A DNA stretch of 64,000 nucleotides, from positions 68,757-132,756 of the forward strand of contig CANQGP010000005.1 of assembly GCA_947623285.1 (NCBI GenBank), read 5' to 3'. Shown piece by piece: positions 29,689 through 39,437 of this stretch; the first letter of the stretch is position 1, and every line of letters starts with the position of its first letter. Under the pieces are notes generated by a model that was given only the letters and a program-made list of their open reading frames with translations, did no database searches and had not been told where the DNA came from. Source of the DNA: an uncultured Clostridia bacterium. Its GTDB lineage: Bacteria > Bacillota > Clostridia > TANB77 > CAG-508. Position numbers and translations under genes: made by a program.

Positions 29689-30349
29689 ATTCTTTCACCT
29701 TCCTTTGTTTTTTTATGATATACATTATATTTATAATATGTATCATTTTTACCTCAATTATACATTTTAGATAAATATTTATTTCACTGCCACTGTTTTC
29801 CAAATTATATATTGGCTTAATTTCATATCTACTTTGTTTTGATTCTACTATAGTATTTCTAAAGAAAAATGAAACTGCTGTTGCGATTATTGGTATTAAA
29901 AATGTTGTTGTAATTATATTACTTAATCCTACATTTATTTGTAAATTCAATTTTTTTACTTTTAATTTTAATTCTTTAGCTATTGTTAAAATATTTAATA
30001 CAATTTCCTGTATTTTATTTTTACTAAATTTTTCTATAAATTCTGTTTGCATTTTATTCATTCTTGTTTTTAATTTTTTTCCTAATTTTACAAATCTTTT
30101 CTTCTTTCTTAATTTATTTATTTTTTTATTATCTATCTTTAATATTAGTATAGGTATTATATTAAAAATATATAATTTAAATTTTATCAATACATCATTA
30201 TCTCTACTTATATTTTTCTTATCTATAAGTACTTCTCTTTGGGTTTTCCTTTTATACTTAAATTTTTCAATTTCAATATTGATTTTTGATGTTACTATTA
30301 CTGTAGTTACTATAATCAATACTAATATAAAATAAAAAAGAAAAGCCAT
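29642..30349 (-). CDS. ytfI: DUF2953 family sporulation protein (YtfI-like)
   Basis: 235 aa. N-terminal TM helix, K-rich, C-terminal GRPSNRRSYEYSYE. Directly upstream of ytfJ, which it overlaps by 47 nt, as in the ytfI-ytfJ pair. Confidence 0.6.
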   Translation of the reverse strand: MAFLFYFILVLIIVTTVIVTSKINIEIEKFKYKRKTQREVLIDKKNISRDNDVLIKFKLYIFNIIPILILKIDNKKINKLRKKKRFVKLGKKLKTRMNKMQTEFIEKFSKNKIQEIVLNILTIAKELKLKVKKLNLQINVGLSNIITTTFLIPIIATAVSFFFRNTIVESKQSRYEIKPIYNLENSGSEINIYLKCIIEVKMIHIINIMYIIKKQRKVKEYGRPSNRRSYEYSYE

Positions 30350-30406
30350 ATAACCACTTCCTTTGGTTTTTTATAGCTTTTCCATTTTTTTACTTATTAT
30401 TCAACT

Positions 30407-31162
30407 TTATCCAACTTTCTTTTTTTCAACTGTGATATCTCCGAACTGCTCTTCTTGGTTTGTTATTACTTTACTTCTTCTTGATAATTCTAATAATCCT
30501 ATAAATGCTGTTACTACTTCTTGTTTATTACGTTTTTTTATTGAAAATAATTTATTGAATACAAATTTTTTTTGTTTAATTAATGCTTTAAATATTTCTT
30601 TTACTTTACTTGCTACTGTATATGTTTCTGTAATTGCTATTTTTTCTATATTTTTTGCATTTTGATTTATTTTACTGCTGTTTCTTTCTACTAAATCTGC
30701 ATATATTTTTGATATTATCCCTTGTTCATATTGCTCTTCTATTTTTTGCTTTGGTAATTTTATACTTTCTTCTTGTTTAAAAATTCTATTTGAATATTTT
30801 ATGAAATTTTCTCTAAATTGCTTGCTAATTTCTTTATACTTTTTATATTCTATAATTTGTTTTATTAGTTCTTCCTCTGTTAATTCTTCTTCGTCGTCTT
30901 CTCCTTGCTTAGGAATTAAATTCTTTGATTTTAAATAAAGTAGAGTTGATGCCATTACAAGGAATTCACTTGCTATTTCCAAATTCAACTCTTCCATTTG
31001 ATTTAGGTAATCTATATACTGCTCTGTTATTTGGCTCAATTGTATGTCATATATATCCATTTTGTTCTTGTCTATTAAATGACATAATAAATCTAATGGA
31101 CCTTCAAAGTTGTTTATTTTTATTGCATACTTTTTAGTTTGCAATGTCAAAATCCCTGGCAT
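30407..31162 (-). CDS. scpA: segregation and condensation protein A
   Basis: 251 aa: FEGPLDLLCHLIDKNKMDIYDIQLSQITEQYIDYL. Confidence 0.9.
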   Translation of the reverse strand: MPGILTLQTKKYAIKINNFEGPLDLLCHLIDKNKMDIYDIQLSQITEQYIDYLNQMEELNLEIASEFLVMASTLLYLKSKNLIPKQGEDDEEELTEEELIKQIIEYKKYKEISKQFRENFIKYSNRIFKQEESIKLPKQKIEEQYEQGIISKIYADLVERNSSKINQNAKNIEKIAITETYTVASKVKEIFKALIKQKKFVFNKLFSIKKRNKQEVVTAFIGLLELSRRSKVITNQEEQFGDITVEKKKVG

Positions 31163-31235
31163 CTTTTTCCCTCCTTTTCATTATTAACAAATTATATTTA
31201 TATATTATTTTCATTCACAACTTATATTTTGTACA

Positions 31236-31682
31236 TTATTTTTCAAATGCACGTTTTATATTATCAGATTTATATCCTTTTTTATATAAAAAGTTTTTTA
31301 TTTCTTGTGGCTCTTGCGTATGTATTTTTTTTTGTATTATATTATATGCTGATTTTGTCTCATACTCATTTAATTCTTCTATGTTTAAATCTATATAATT
31401 TTCTAGTTCATGTTTGTTTACTCCTTTTGCTAATAACTTATAAGTTATTTCTTTTATTGATAAGTTTTTTAATGTTTTAAAATTATATATTTTTGATTCT
31501 ATATACTCACTATCATTGATATACCCTGCTTCCTTTAAATATTCTATTATATCTTCTAGCATATTTTCATCAATTTTATTTGCAAATTTTTTTCTTACTT
31601 CTTGCTCACATCTTTTTTGATATAATATATATTTTAGTACTTGTGTTTTTGCATTATCAAATTCTTCTATAGAATATGTCAT
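31236..31682 (-). CDS. recX: recombination regulator RecX (short form)
   Basis: 148 aa, helical-repeat composition. Its ATG overlaps the recA stop (TAATG), indicating translational coupling. Confidence 0.65.
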   Translation of the reverse strand: MTYSIEEFDNAKTQVLKYILYQKRCEQEVRKKFANKIDENMLEDIIEYLKEAGYINDSEYIESKIYNFKTLKNLSIKEITYKLLAKGVNKHELENYIDLNIEELNEYETKSAYNIIQKKIHTQEPQEIKNFLYKKGYKSDNIKRAFEK

Positions 31683-32746
31683 TATTTTTTACCTTTTTCT
31701 TTCTCTTCTTTTTCACTTGCAGATGGCAAATCTTCTCCTAAGCTTTGTTCAAATGCTTTAGCAAAATTTTCTCTTACTTTTCCTTCTACTTCTTTTAGCA
31801 CTTCTGGATTTTCTTTTAGCCATTTTTTCACATTTTCTCTGCCTTGACCAATTCTTTCTCCATTATATGAAAACCATGAACCAGCCTTTTCAATTATATC
31901 TAAATTAACAGCCATATCTAATATGTTTCCTTCTTTTGAAATACCTTCACCATATACTACATCAAATTCTGCTTCTCTAAATGGTGGTGCTACTTTATTT
32001 TTTATTACTTTAACACGTACTCTGCTTCCTTTGAATTCTCCATCTTGTTTTATATTTTCTATTTTTCTTATATCTAATCTAACTGATGCATAGAATTTTA
32101 ATGCTCTACCTCCTGTAGTTGTTTCAGGATTTCCAAACATTACTCCTATTTTTTCTCTCAATTGGTTTATAAATATAATTACTGTTTTTGATTTGTTAAT
32201 AGCTCCTGCCAATTTACGCAATGCTTGAGACATTAATCTTGCTTGTAGACCCATGTGTGAGTCTCCCATTTCACCATCTATTTCTGCTTTTGGTACTAAT
32301 GCTGCAACTGAGTCTACTACTATAACATCTAATGCTCCACTTCTAACTAAACTTTCTGTTATTTCTAAAGCTTGTTCTCCTGTATCTGGTTGTGAAACTA
32401 TTAAATTATCTATATCTACTCCTAATTTTTTTGCATATACTGGATCTAATGCATGTTCTGCATCTATAAAAGCTGCTTCTCCTCCCATTTTTTGAGCTTC
32501 TGCAACTATATGTAATGCTAATGTTGTTTTTCCAGATGATTCTGGTCCAAATACTTCAACAATTCTTCCTCTTGGAACTCCACCTATACCTAATGCAATG
32601 TCTAAACTCAATGCTCCTGTTGGTATGGCTTCTATCTCCATTGCTTTAAATTCTCCTAATTTCATTACTGAGCCTTTTCCAAATTGTTTTTCTATTTGAC
32701 TCATTGCTATTTCTAATGCTTTTCTTTTCTCTATGTTTTCCTCCAT
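31682..32746 (-). CDS. recA: recombinase RecA
   Basis: 354 aa: [38 protein letters not shown]. Confidence 0.97.
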   Translation of the reverse strand: MEENIEKRKALEIAMSQIEKQFGKGSVMKLGEFKAMEIEAIPTGALSLDIALGIGGVPRGRIVEVFGPESSGKTTLALHIVAEAQKMGGEAAFIDAEHALDPVYAKKLGVDIDNLIVSQPDTGEQALEITESLVRSGALDVIVVDSVAALVPKAEIDGEMGDSHMGLQARLMSQALRKLAGAINKSKTVIIFINQLREKIGVMFGNPETTTGGRALKFYASVRLDIRKIENIKQDGEFKGSRVRVKVIKNKVAPPFREAEFDVVYGEGISKEGNILDMAVNLDIIEKAGSWFSYNGERIGQGRENVKKWLKENPEVLKEVEGKVRENFAKAFEQSLGEDLPSASEKEEKEKGKK

Positions 32747-32796
32747 TTTATTCTACTCCTCCTTCTTTAGTGTATAAACACTTGTTTGTTATATGT

Positions 32797-32824
32797 ATTA
32801 TACACCAAATTTATGTTTTGTCAA
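32797..32824 (-). promoter_or_regulatory. candidate recA sigma-A promoter
   Basis: Minus strand: TTGACA - 16 nt (ending TG) - TATAAT, ~50 nt upstream of the recA ATG. Confidence 0.5.
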
Positions 32825-32853
32825 GATATTTTTTTATTTATTTTTTATTTAGA

Positions 32854-34491
32854 TTATTTACCCCAAGTTTCCACTCCATAAAAACTGCTATACCAATTAG
32901 GTGAAAACTCTCCTAATAAGCTTGTACCATATACTACACTGTGTCTATTTGTATATAAACTTATATATGGGATTTCTGTTTTATAAATTTCTGATAATCT
33001 TTGATAATCCTTTTTTAATATTTCTTCATCTGTTGTGTTTTTTACTTCTTTCATTAATTCATTTACTTCATCTGTTACATAGTTAGCTAAATTTCCATTT
33101 CCAAAAAAAGTTTCCATGTTTGGACTTGGTGACATGTTTATACTACAAAGAGCTATATCATAATTTTTAGCATTTATGCTATTTGTATATTGTTCATCTG
33201 ATGCTTGTACTATATTTAGTGTAATTCCTTGACTTGCTAATTGTTCTTGTATGTTTTGTGCAACTGCTACTTTCGTTCCGTCACTTGCTTTTACTAACAA
33301 ATTGCATTCTAGTACTTGTGTAGATGCTGTTTGTGTTGTCGTTGTTTTTTTAGTAGTTTTCGTAGTTCTATTTTTAGCTTGTGCTCTAGCTGTAGATGCT
33401 AAACTTTTTTGCCATTTATTATTTCTATTTATCCAACCTTCTTGAGTTAATTCTTGTTTAGCTTGTTCTGGATTATATCCTGCACTAGGATTTTGTGCTT
33501 GATATACCCATGTTCCATATTCTAATGGAAAACTTGATGTATAATATTGATTGTTAAATATACTTGATACTATATTTTCTCTATCTATTGAATATGCTAT
33601 TGCTTTTCTTACTGCTGGTGATTGTAATATATTATTTTGTGTATTTATTGCTAAAAATGTATGTTCACGTCCTTGTATTTGTTTTTCATTATATCCAATC
33701 TTTCCTATATATTGTTGTAAATTCGTATTATTTGTACTAATCATATCCACATTTCCAATTTTAAATGCATTATACATCTCACCTAATGTTGCATATTTAT
33801 TTATTGTAATTTTTTCCAAAGATAACTTTGTTTTTTCTGCTCCCCACCAGTTTTGGTTTTTTTCCAATATTAAATTTTCATCTTGTTCTCCTGTAACTGT
33901 GTACTTTCCTGTTCCTCCTGGTATTGCTTCATTTGCATATCCTTCCGCCTCTACTATTGGAAATGTTAAGTTATATTCAAAAAATGGTACTTCATTTCCT
34001 AATGTTATTGTTAAAGTATGTTCATCTATAACATCAACTTGTACTACTGCTTCAACATTATAAGAATATATTGATGGTGTATCTTTTAATCTATCTATTG
34101 TAAATCTAACATCTTCCGCCGTAAAATTCTTTCCATTAGCCCATTTTACATTTTCCCTAAGTTTTATTATATAGGTTGTTTCATTCTGTTTTGCCCACTC
34201 TGTTGCAAGACATGGTTCTAATTTATAGTCTGTTGTTAGACTAATTAATGGCTCATATATTAATTTTTGTATATCTTGAACATTTTTATTGTTACTTACA
34301 ATAGGATTCATTGTGTCATATTCTGCAACACCTAAGTTTATTTCTTTTATTCTAGATTGTTCACTTTCTTCTTGTTTAGTCTGTTGCATTTGACTTTTTT
34401 GTTCTTCATCTGTCCTTATTTTATATATAGCAAAAACCATTATTATTACTACAAATACAATAAAAATATATTTAAACAAATTATTTCTCAT
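32854..34491 (-). CDS. ABC-type substrate-binding protein, family 5 (peptide/nickel type), membrane-anchored and orphan
   Basis: 545 aa with the SBP_bac_5 pattern (IYEPLISL..., WANGKNFTAEDVRFTIDRL). It has an N-terminal TM helix instead of a lipobox. T/K-rich insert AQAKNRTTKTTKKTTTTQTASTQ. No permease or ATPase genes are adjacent. Confidence 0.8.
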   Translation of the reverse strand: MRNNLFKYIFIVFVVIIMVFAIYKIRTDEEQKSQMQQTKQEESEQSRIKEINLGVAEYDTMNPIVSNNKNVQDIQKLIYEPLISLTTDYKLEPCLATEWAKQNETTYIIKLRENVKWANGKNFTAEDVRFTIDRLKDTPSIYSYNVEAVVQVDVIDEHTLTITLGNEVPFFEYNLTFPIVEAEGYANEAIPGGTGKYTVTGEQDENLILEKNQNWWGAEKTKLSLEKITINKYATLGEMYNAFKIGNVDMISTNNTNLQQYIGKIGYNEKQIQGREHTFLAINTQNNILQSPAVRKAIAYSIDRENIVSSIFNNQYYTSSFPLEYGTWVYQAQNPSAGYNPEQAKQELTQEGWINRNNKWQKSLASTARAQAKNRTTKTTKKTTTTQTASTQVLECNLLVKASDGTKVAVAQNIQEQLASQGITLNIVQASDEQYTNSINAKNYDIALCSINMSPSPNMETFFGNGNLANYVTDEVNELMKEVKNTTDEEILKKDYQRLSEIYKTEIPYISLYTNRHSVVYGTSLLGEFSPNWYSSFYGVETWGK

Positions 34492-34552
34492 TATTTGTTA
34501 CACCTCATTCTACAATACTATATATCATAAGTTCAAAAATTTCAAGATAAAA

Positions 34553-34583
34553 CAAAAAAAAGAGCAATATAATTAATTGCCCC
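34553..34583 (-). terminator. spoVS terminator
   Basis: Minus strand: GGGCAAT-N8-ATTGCTC followed by a T9 tract. Confidence 0.6.
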
Positions 34584-34594
34584 TAATATATATT

Positions 34595-34858
34595 TTAATT
34601 TCTTGATTCTATTATCAGTTTTATACCCGTCCTATCTTCTCCTTCCACTTCAACTTCAGCAAATGCTGGTATACATACTAAGTCTACTCCAGATGGCGCT
34701 ACAAAACCTCTTGCTATTGCTACCGCCTTTACTGCTTGATTTAATGCTCCAGCTCCGATTGCCTGCATTTCTGCTTTGTTTGATTCTTTTACTAATCCAG
34801 CTATAGCTCCTGCTACTGAATTAGGATTTGATTTTGATGAAATCTTTAAAATTTCCAT
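34595..34858 (-). CDS. spoVS: stage V sporulation protein S
   Basis: 87 aa: MEILKISSKSNPNSVAGAIAG...QAIGAGALNQAVKAVAIARGF. Confidence 0.95.
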   Translation of the reverse strand: MEILKISSKSNPNSVAGAIAGLVKESNKAEMQAIGAGALNQAVKAVAIARGFVAPSGVDLVCIPAFAEVEVEGEDRTGIKLIIESRN

Positions 34859-35019
34859 TTTTTCCTCCTATACTTTTTATATTTTTTCTGTTGCAACTTT
34901 TACATTGTTAATTTTACAATATTTGGAAATAGTTGTAAATATATTTTTTAAAATTATAGAAGGTTTTCATCGCAGAATTATCAATGTTTTGACAGCTTTC
35001 GACAACCTTTTATTGTTAT

Positions 35020-35790
35020 CTACAAATTTATTCTTTTTATTTCTTTTACTTTATTTGTCTTTGTATGAATTTTAAATACAACTGCATTAAACATGCAATC
35101 TCCTGTTGCTATCTTATATCTTTCTGGAAGTGTTGTTGCAAACCTTTTTACAGATGCTTTTATATCCATTCCAATAACTGAATTTCTAGGTCCTGTCATT
35201 CCTATATCTGTTATATATCCTGTTCCTTTTGGTAATATTCTTTCATCTGCTGTTTGCACATGTGTATGTGTACCAAATACTGCTGTTACTTGTCCATCTA
35301 AATAATTAGCTAATGCTATTTTTTCTGCTGTTGCTTCTGCATGGAAATCTATTATTATTATTTGCACTTCATCTTTTATTTCTTCAATTATTTGATTTGC
35401 TTTTAAAAATGGGTTTTCAGAAAGTACATTCATTCCTGCTCTTCCTATTAAATTTATAACAGCCATGTTTTTATTTTTACATCTATATATCCTATAACCT
35501 TTACCAACGACTCCCTCCGGATAATTCGCTGGTCTTATAATTTTGGGGTTATCTATAAATTTAAATATATCCTTTTTCCCCCAGGTATGATTTCCCATTG
35601 TTATAACATCAACATCAGCTTTTAGAATATCGTTGAAATTTTTTTCAGTTATTCCCATTCCTTCTGCTGCATTTTCTCCATTTACAATTACAAAATCAAT
35701 GTTATTTTCTTGTATTATATCTTTCAGTCTAAATCTCATTTCTTTTATACCTGCATTTCCAACTATGTCTCCAATAGCTAAAACATTCAT
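35020..35790 (-). CDS. ymdB: YmdB-type metallophosphoesterase (2',3'-cyclic-nucleotide phosphodiesterase, TIGR00282 family)
   Basis: MNVLAIGDIVGNAG..., GENAAEGMGIT, DFHAEATAEK, GTHTHVQTADERIL. I chose the ATG at 35790 (RBS AGGAAGG 12 nt upstream). The track start at 35802 abuts the RBS. Confidence 0.85.
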   Translation of the reverse strand: MNVLAIGDIVGNAGIKEMRFRLKDIIQENNIDFVIVNGENAAEGMGITEKNFNDILKADVDVITMGNHTWGKKDIFKFIDNPKIIRPANYPEGVVGKGYRIYRCKNKNMAVINLIGRAGMNVLSENPFLKANQIIEEIKDEVQIIIIDFHAEATAEKIALANYLDGQVTAVFGTHTHVQTADERILPKGTGYITDIGMTGPRNSVIGMDIKASVKRFATTLPERYKIATGDCMFNAVVFKIHTKTNKVKEIKRINL

Positions 35791-35866
35791 ATTTAATCTC
35801 ATTCCTTCCTAATGCTATATATGATACTACATTTTTAAAAATAAATCAATTAACTTTGCTTCATGT

Positions 35867-35902
35867 ATAAAAAAAGAGCAGAAGCATTAAAAACTTCTAC
35901 TC
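35867..35902 (-). terminator. rny terminator
   Basis: Minus strand: AGAGTAGAAG-N9-CTTCTGCTCT followed by TTTTTTT. Confidence 0.7.
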
Positions 35903-35909
35903 TGTGTTC

Positions 35910-37451
35910 TTATTTTGCATAATCAATAACTCTGGTCTCCCTAATCATATTTACTTTGATTTGTCCAGGATAATCCATGTCATTTTCAATCTTTTTAGCT
36001 ATATCTCTTGCAAGTATTGTCATTTCGTCATCAGTTATTTTATCTGGTTTAACCATTACTCTAACTTCACGACCTGCTTGTATAGCAAATGATTTTTCAA
36101 CACCATCAAATGAATCTGCAATTTCTTCAAGATTTTGAAGACGTTTAATGTATGCTTCTAATGTTTCTCTTCTTGCTCCTGGTCTAGATGCTGATATTGC
36201 GTCTGCTGCTTGTACTAAAACTGCTTCCATTGTTTGTGGTTCTACATCTCCATGATGTGCTTCTACTGCATTTATAACTTGTGGATTTTCTTTGTATTTC
36301 TTAAGGATATCCACACCTATTTCAACGTGTGTTCCTTCCATATCATGGTCTAAAGCTTTTCCTATATCATGTAACAATCCTGCTCTTCTAGCTAATTTTG
36401 TATCTAAGCCTAGTTCATCAGCCATAATTCTTGCTAAATTAGAAACCTCTATAGAATGATTAAGTACATTTTGTCCATAACTTGTTCTATATTTTAACTT
36501 TCCTATTAGTTTTACTATGTCAGGATGTAATCCATTTACTCCTGTTTCTAATACTGCTCTTTCTCCTTCTGATTTAATTGTGTTATCTATTTCTTCTTTA
36601 GCTTTTTCTACCATTTCTTCGATTTTTGCTGGATGTATTCTTCCGTCTTCTATTAATTTTTCAAGTGCTATTTTTCCAACTTCTCTACGTAATGGATCAA
36701 AGCCTGATAAAACAACGGCTTCAGGTGTATCATCTATTATCAAATCAACTCCTGTAAGTGTTTCTAATGCTTTTATGTTTCTACCTTCTCTACCAATAAT
36801 TCTACCTTTCATATCATCATTTGGTAATGCAACTATTGATACTGTAGTTTCTTGTGAGTGGTCTGCTGCACATTTTTGTACTGCATATGTTAATAATTCT
36901 TTAGCATTTTTATTAGATTCTTCTTTAGCTTTTTCTTCATATTCTCTAATCATTGCTGCTTTTTCTGCTTTAATTTCTTTTTCCATTGAATCTAATAATA
37001 TTTTCTTTGCTGCATCTTTTTTTAATCCTGCAACTTTTTGAAGTTCTTCTAATTGTTGTTCTCTTATTTTTGCTACTTCTTCTTTTTCTTTGTCAATTTC
37101 TGCTAATTCTCTGTCTACATCATTTTCTTTCTTTTCTAAGTTCTCTGAACGTTTGTCCAAATTTTCTTCTTTTTGAATTAGTCTTGTTTCTTGTTTTTGT
37201 AGTTCGCCTCTTCTTTCTTTAATCTCTTGGTCTAATTCTTTCCTTGCATTCATATTTTCTTCTTTTGCTTTAAAAATTTCTTCTTTTTTCAAATTTTCAG
37301 CTTCTATTTTTGCTAAATCTACTAAACGTTTTGCTTCATTTTCTGCTCCTTGAATTTTAGACTCTGCAACTTTTTTTCTGTATATCATTCCTACAAAAAA
37401 TCCAATTGCTAATGAGATTAATACGGCGATTACTATGATTATTGGATTCAT
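35910..37451 (-). CDS. rny: ribonuclease Y
   Basis: 513 aa. N-terminal TM helix, coiled coil, KH domain ([15 protein letters not shown]) and HD domain (LLHDIGKA). Confidence 0.95.
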   Translation of the reverse strand: MNPIIIVIAVLISLAIGFFVGMIYRKKVAESKIQGAENEAKRLVDLAKIEAENLKKEEIFKAKEENMNARKELDQEIKERRGELQKQETRLIQKEENLDKRSENLEKKENDVDRELAEIDKEKEEVAKIREQQLEELQKVAGLKKDAAKKILLDSMEKEIKAEKAAMIREYEEKAKEESNKNAKELLTYAVQKCAADHSQETTVSIVALPNDDMKGRIIGREGRNIKALETLTGVDLIIDDTPEAVVLSGFDPLRREVGKIALEKLIEDGRIHPAKIEEMVEKAKEEIDNTIKSEGERAVLETGVNGLHPDIVKLIGKLKYRTSYGQNVLNHSIEVSNLARIMADELGLDTKLARRAGLLHDIGKALDHDMEGTHVEIGVDILKKYKENPQVINAVEAHHGDVEPQTMEAVLVQAADAISASRPGARRETLEAYIKRLQNLEEIADSFDGVEKSFAIQAGREVRVMVKPDKITDDEMTILARDIAKKIENDMDYPGQIKVNMIRETRVIDYAK

Positions 37452-37620
37452 AGTTTTTACACCTCTTTCTTATTAAATTTTCAATGTCCGAATAAAATAT
37501 ATATTCTTATTATCCTCTTAATATATTTTTTCTCCTATTCTATTTTATACTTATTATTGTAAACTGTCAAGAGTATTTATAAGTTTTTTATATTAAACCT
37601 GTTTACAAATAAATCCAAAA

Positions 37621-37661
37621 AGCACAAAAAAGCCATTAAAACTTTTATAAGCTTAATGGCT
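37621..37661 (-). terminator. terminator of the small LPXTG gene
   Basis: Minus strand: AGCCATTAA-N13-TTAATGGCT followed by TTTTTGTGCTTTTT. Confidence 0.65.
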
Positions 37662-37679
37662 CTATAATTAATTTCTAAA

Positions 37680-38054
37680 TTAAATATTTTGATAATCTTT
37701 TACTTTTTTATAAGCATATGCAGCTGATATAGCTACTACAACTATTAATGCAACAGCTGGTAATGAATCTTCTATACCTGTGTCTGGTAAGTTTGTACTA
37801 TTGTATGAGCTTGTATTAGTTTTATTTGTTGAAGTTAATGTTGTATTTAGTGTAGTATTGTTTGTTCCTGTATTTGTAGTATTATTTGTTGTTGGACTTG
37901 TTGATGCACTTGTAGTTGTTGTTGGTGTTGATGAACTATTTACATCTAAAGTTTCCCATCCACTATCTGCTGCAAATACATTTGTTGCTATAAACACAAC
38001 TGCTACCATAATTATCATTACTAAAACTTTTTTTGCATTTGTTAATTTTTTCAT
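37680..38054 (-). CDS. small (124 aa) LPXTG cell-wall-anchored protein, T/N/S-rich
   Basis: Signal peptide MKKLTNAKKVLVMIIMVAVVFIATNVFA. Complete sorting signal: LPDTG + IEDSLPAVALIVVVAISAAYAY + KKVKDYQNI. GAGGAG RBS. Confidence 0.75.
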   Translation of the reverse strand: MKKLTNAKKVLVMIIMVAVVFIATNVFAADSGWETLDVNSSSTPTTTTSASTSPTTNNTTNTGTNNTTLNTTLTSTNKTNTSSYNSTNLPDTGIEDSLPAVALIVVVAISAAYAYKKVKDYQNI

Positions 38055-38281
38055 ATCAAAATCTCCTCTTTCTATGTTTTACTTAATCTATTATTAATAT
38101 TATTAATCAACCAATATTTATTATACTATATTTTTGCTATATTTTCAAGTATTTTGTATAAATTAGTAAAACTTTTTTATTTATTCATTCGTTGTTAAAT
38201 ATATGATATACTTATTTGTTTTATTAGTCAATACTTTTCTAGTATTTTTTGTTTACAGTTTTATTACAAAATTATTACATT

Positions 38282-39373
38282 TTATACATTAAATTTAAAT
38301 AGTACTATATCTCCATCTTGCATAATATATTCTTTGCCTTCTGAACGCACTAGTCCTTTTTCTCTTGCTGTAACCATTGATCCCACGTTCATTAGATTAT
38401 CATATGATACAATTTCTGCTTTTATAAATCCTCTTTGTATATCAGAATGAATTTTTCCTGCAGCTTCTGGTGCCTTTGTTCCTTTTTTTATTGTCCATGC
38501 TCTAACTTCTGGTTTTCCAGCTGTTAAAAATGACATTAATCCCAATAAGTCATAACTTTTCTTTATTACTTTGTCTAGTCCAGATTCTTCTAGTCCTATA
38601 GCTTCTAACATTTCTTTTTTATCATCATCATCTAATCCTGATAATTCTTCTTCAATTTTTACACATAGTGGAATCACTTCTGCATTTTCTTTTTTGGCAT
38701 ATTCTTTTACTTTTATTACATTTTCATCGTTTTCTGCATTTTCAATTTGTTCTTCTGCAATATTTGCAATATATAGAATTGGTTTTATTGTAAGCAAAAA
38801 CATATCTTTTACTATTTCTTTTTCATCTTCATTTAGTTCAATTGCTCTTGCTGAAACTCCCTCTTCTAATTTAGCTTTCATTCTTTCTAACAAATCAATT
38901 TCTATTTGATATTTTTTATCTGCTTTTAAATTCTTCTTTGCTCTTTCTAATCTTTTATTTATTGTTTCTATATCTGCAAAAATAAGCTCCAAATTAATTG
39001 TTTCTATATCTCTAATTGGATCTATATTCCCATCAACATGAACAACGTTTGAATTTTCAAAACATCTTACTACTTCACATATTGCATCAACTTCTCTAAT
39101 GTGTGATAAAAATTTATTTCCTAACCCTTCTCCTTTACTTGCACCTTTTACAAGTCCTGCAATATCTACAAATTCCACTACAGCAGGAGTTGTTTTTTCT
39201 GGTTCATACATTTGTGTTAGTTTGTCTAACCTTTCATCAGGTACTGCAACTACTCCTACATTTGGTTCTATTGTGCAGAATGGATAGTTTGCACATTCTG
39301 CACCTGCTTTTGTAATACTGTTAAACATTGTACTTTTTCCTACATTTGGAAGTCCAACAATCCCTAGTTTCAT
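38282..39373 (-). CDS. ychF: redox-regulated ATPase YchF
   Basis: 363 aa: MKLGIVGLPNVGKSTMFN, TGS-like C-terminus. Confidence 0.95.
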   Translation of the reverse strand: MKLGIVGLPNVGKSTMFNSITKAGAECANYPFCTIEPNVGVVAVPDERLDKLTQMYEPEKTTPAVVEFVDIAGLVKGASKGEGLGNKFLSHIREVDAICEVVRCFENSNVVHVDGNIDPIRDIETINLELIFADIETINKRLERAKKNLKADKKYQIEIDLLERMKAKLEEGVSARAIELNEDEKEIVKDMFLLTIKPILYIANIAEEQIENAENDENVIKVKEYAKKENAEVIPLCVKIEEELSGLDDDDKKEMLEAIGLEESGLDKVIKKSYDLLGLMSFLTAGKPEVRAWTIKKGTKAPEAAGKIHSDIQRGFIKAEIVSYDNLMNVGSMVTAREKGLVRSEGKEYIMQDGDIVLFKFNV

Positions 39374-39437
39374 TTTTTATTTCCTTTCCACTGTTTATTT
39401 TATTTTCATATTAAAATTTTTATCTATATCTAATTTT

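Noticed and set aside
30350-30406. Absence of scpB after scpA (scpA is followed after 57 nt by ytfI), and absence of mutL after mutS.
   Set aside because: These are synteny variations only. The missing partners may be encoded elsewhere. Nothing in the sequence points to a remnant or pseudogene.
32770-32796. LexA (Cheo) box between the recA promoter and its RBS, at AACAAACAAGTGTT.
   Set aside because: The half-sites are spaced AAC-N8-GTT rather than the GAAC-N4-GTTC of Firmicute LexA operators, so the match is not convincing.
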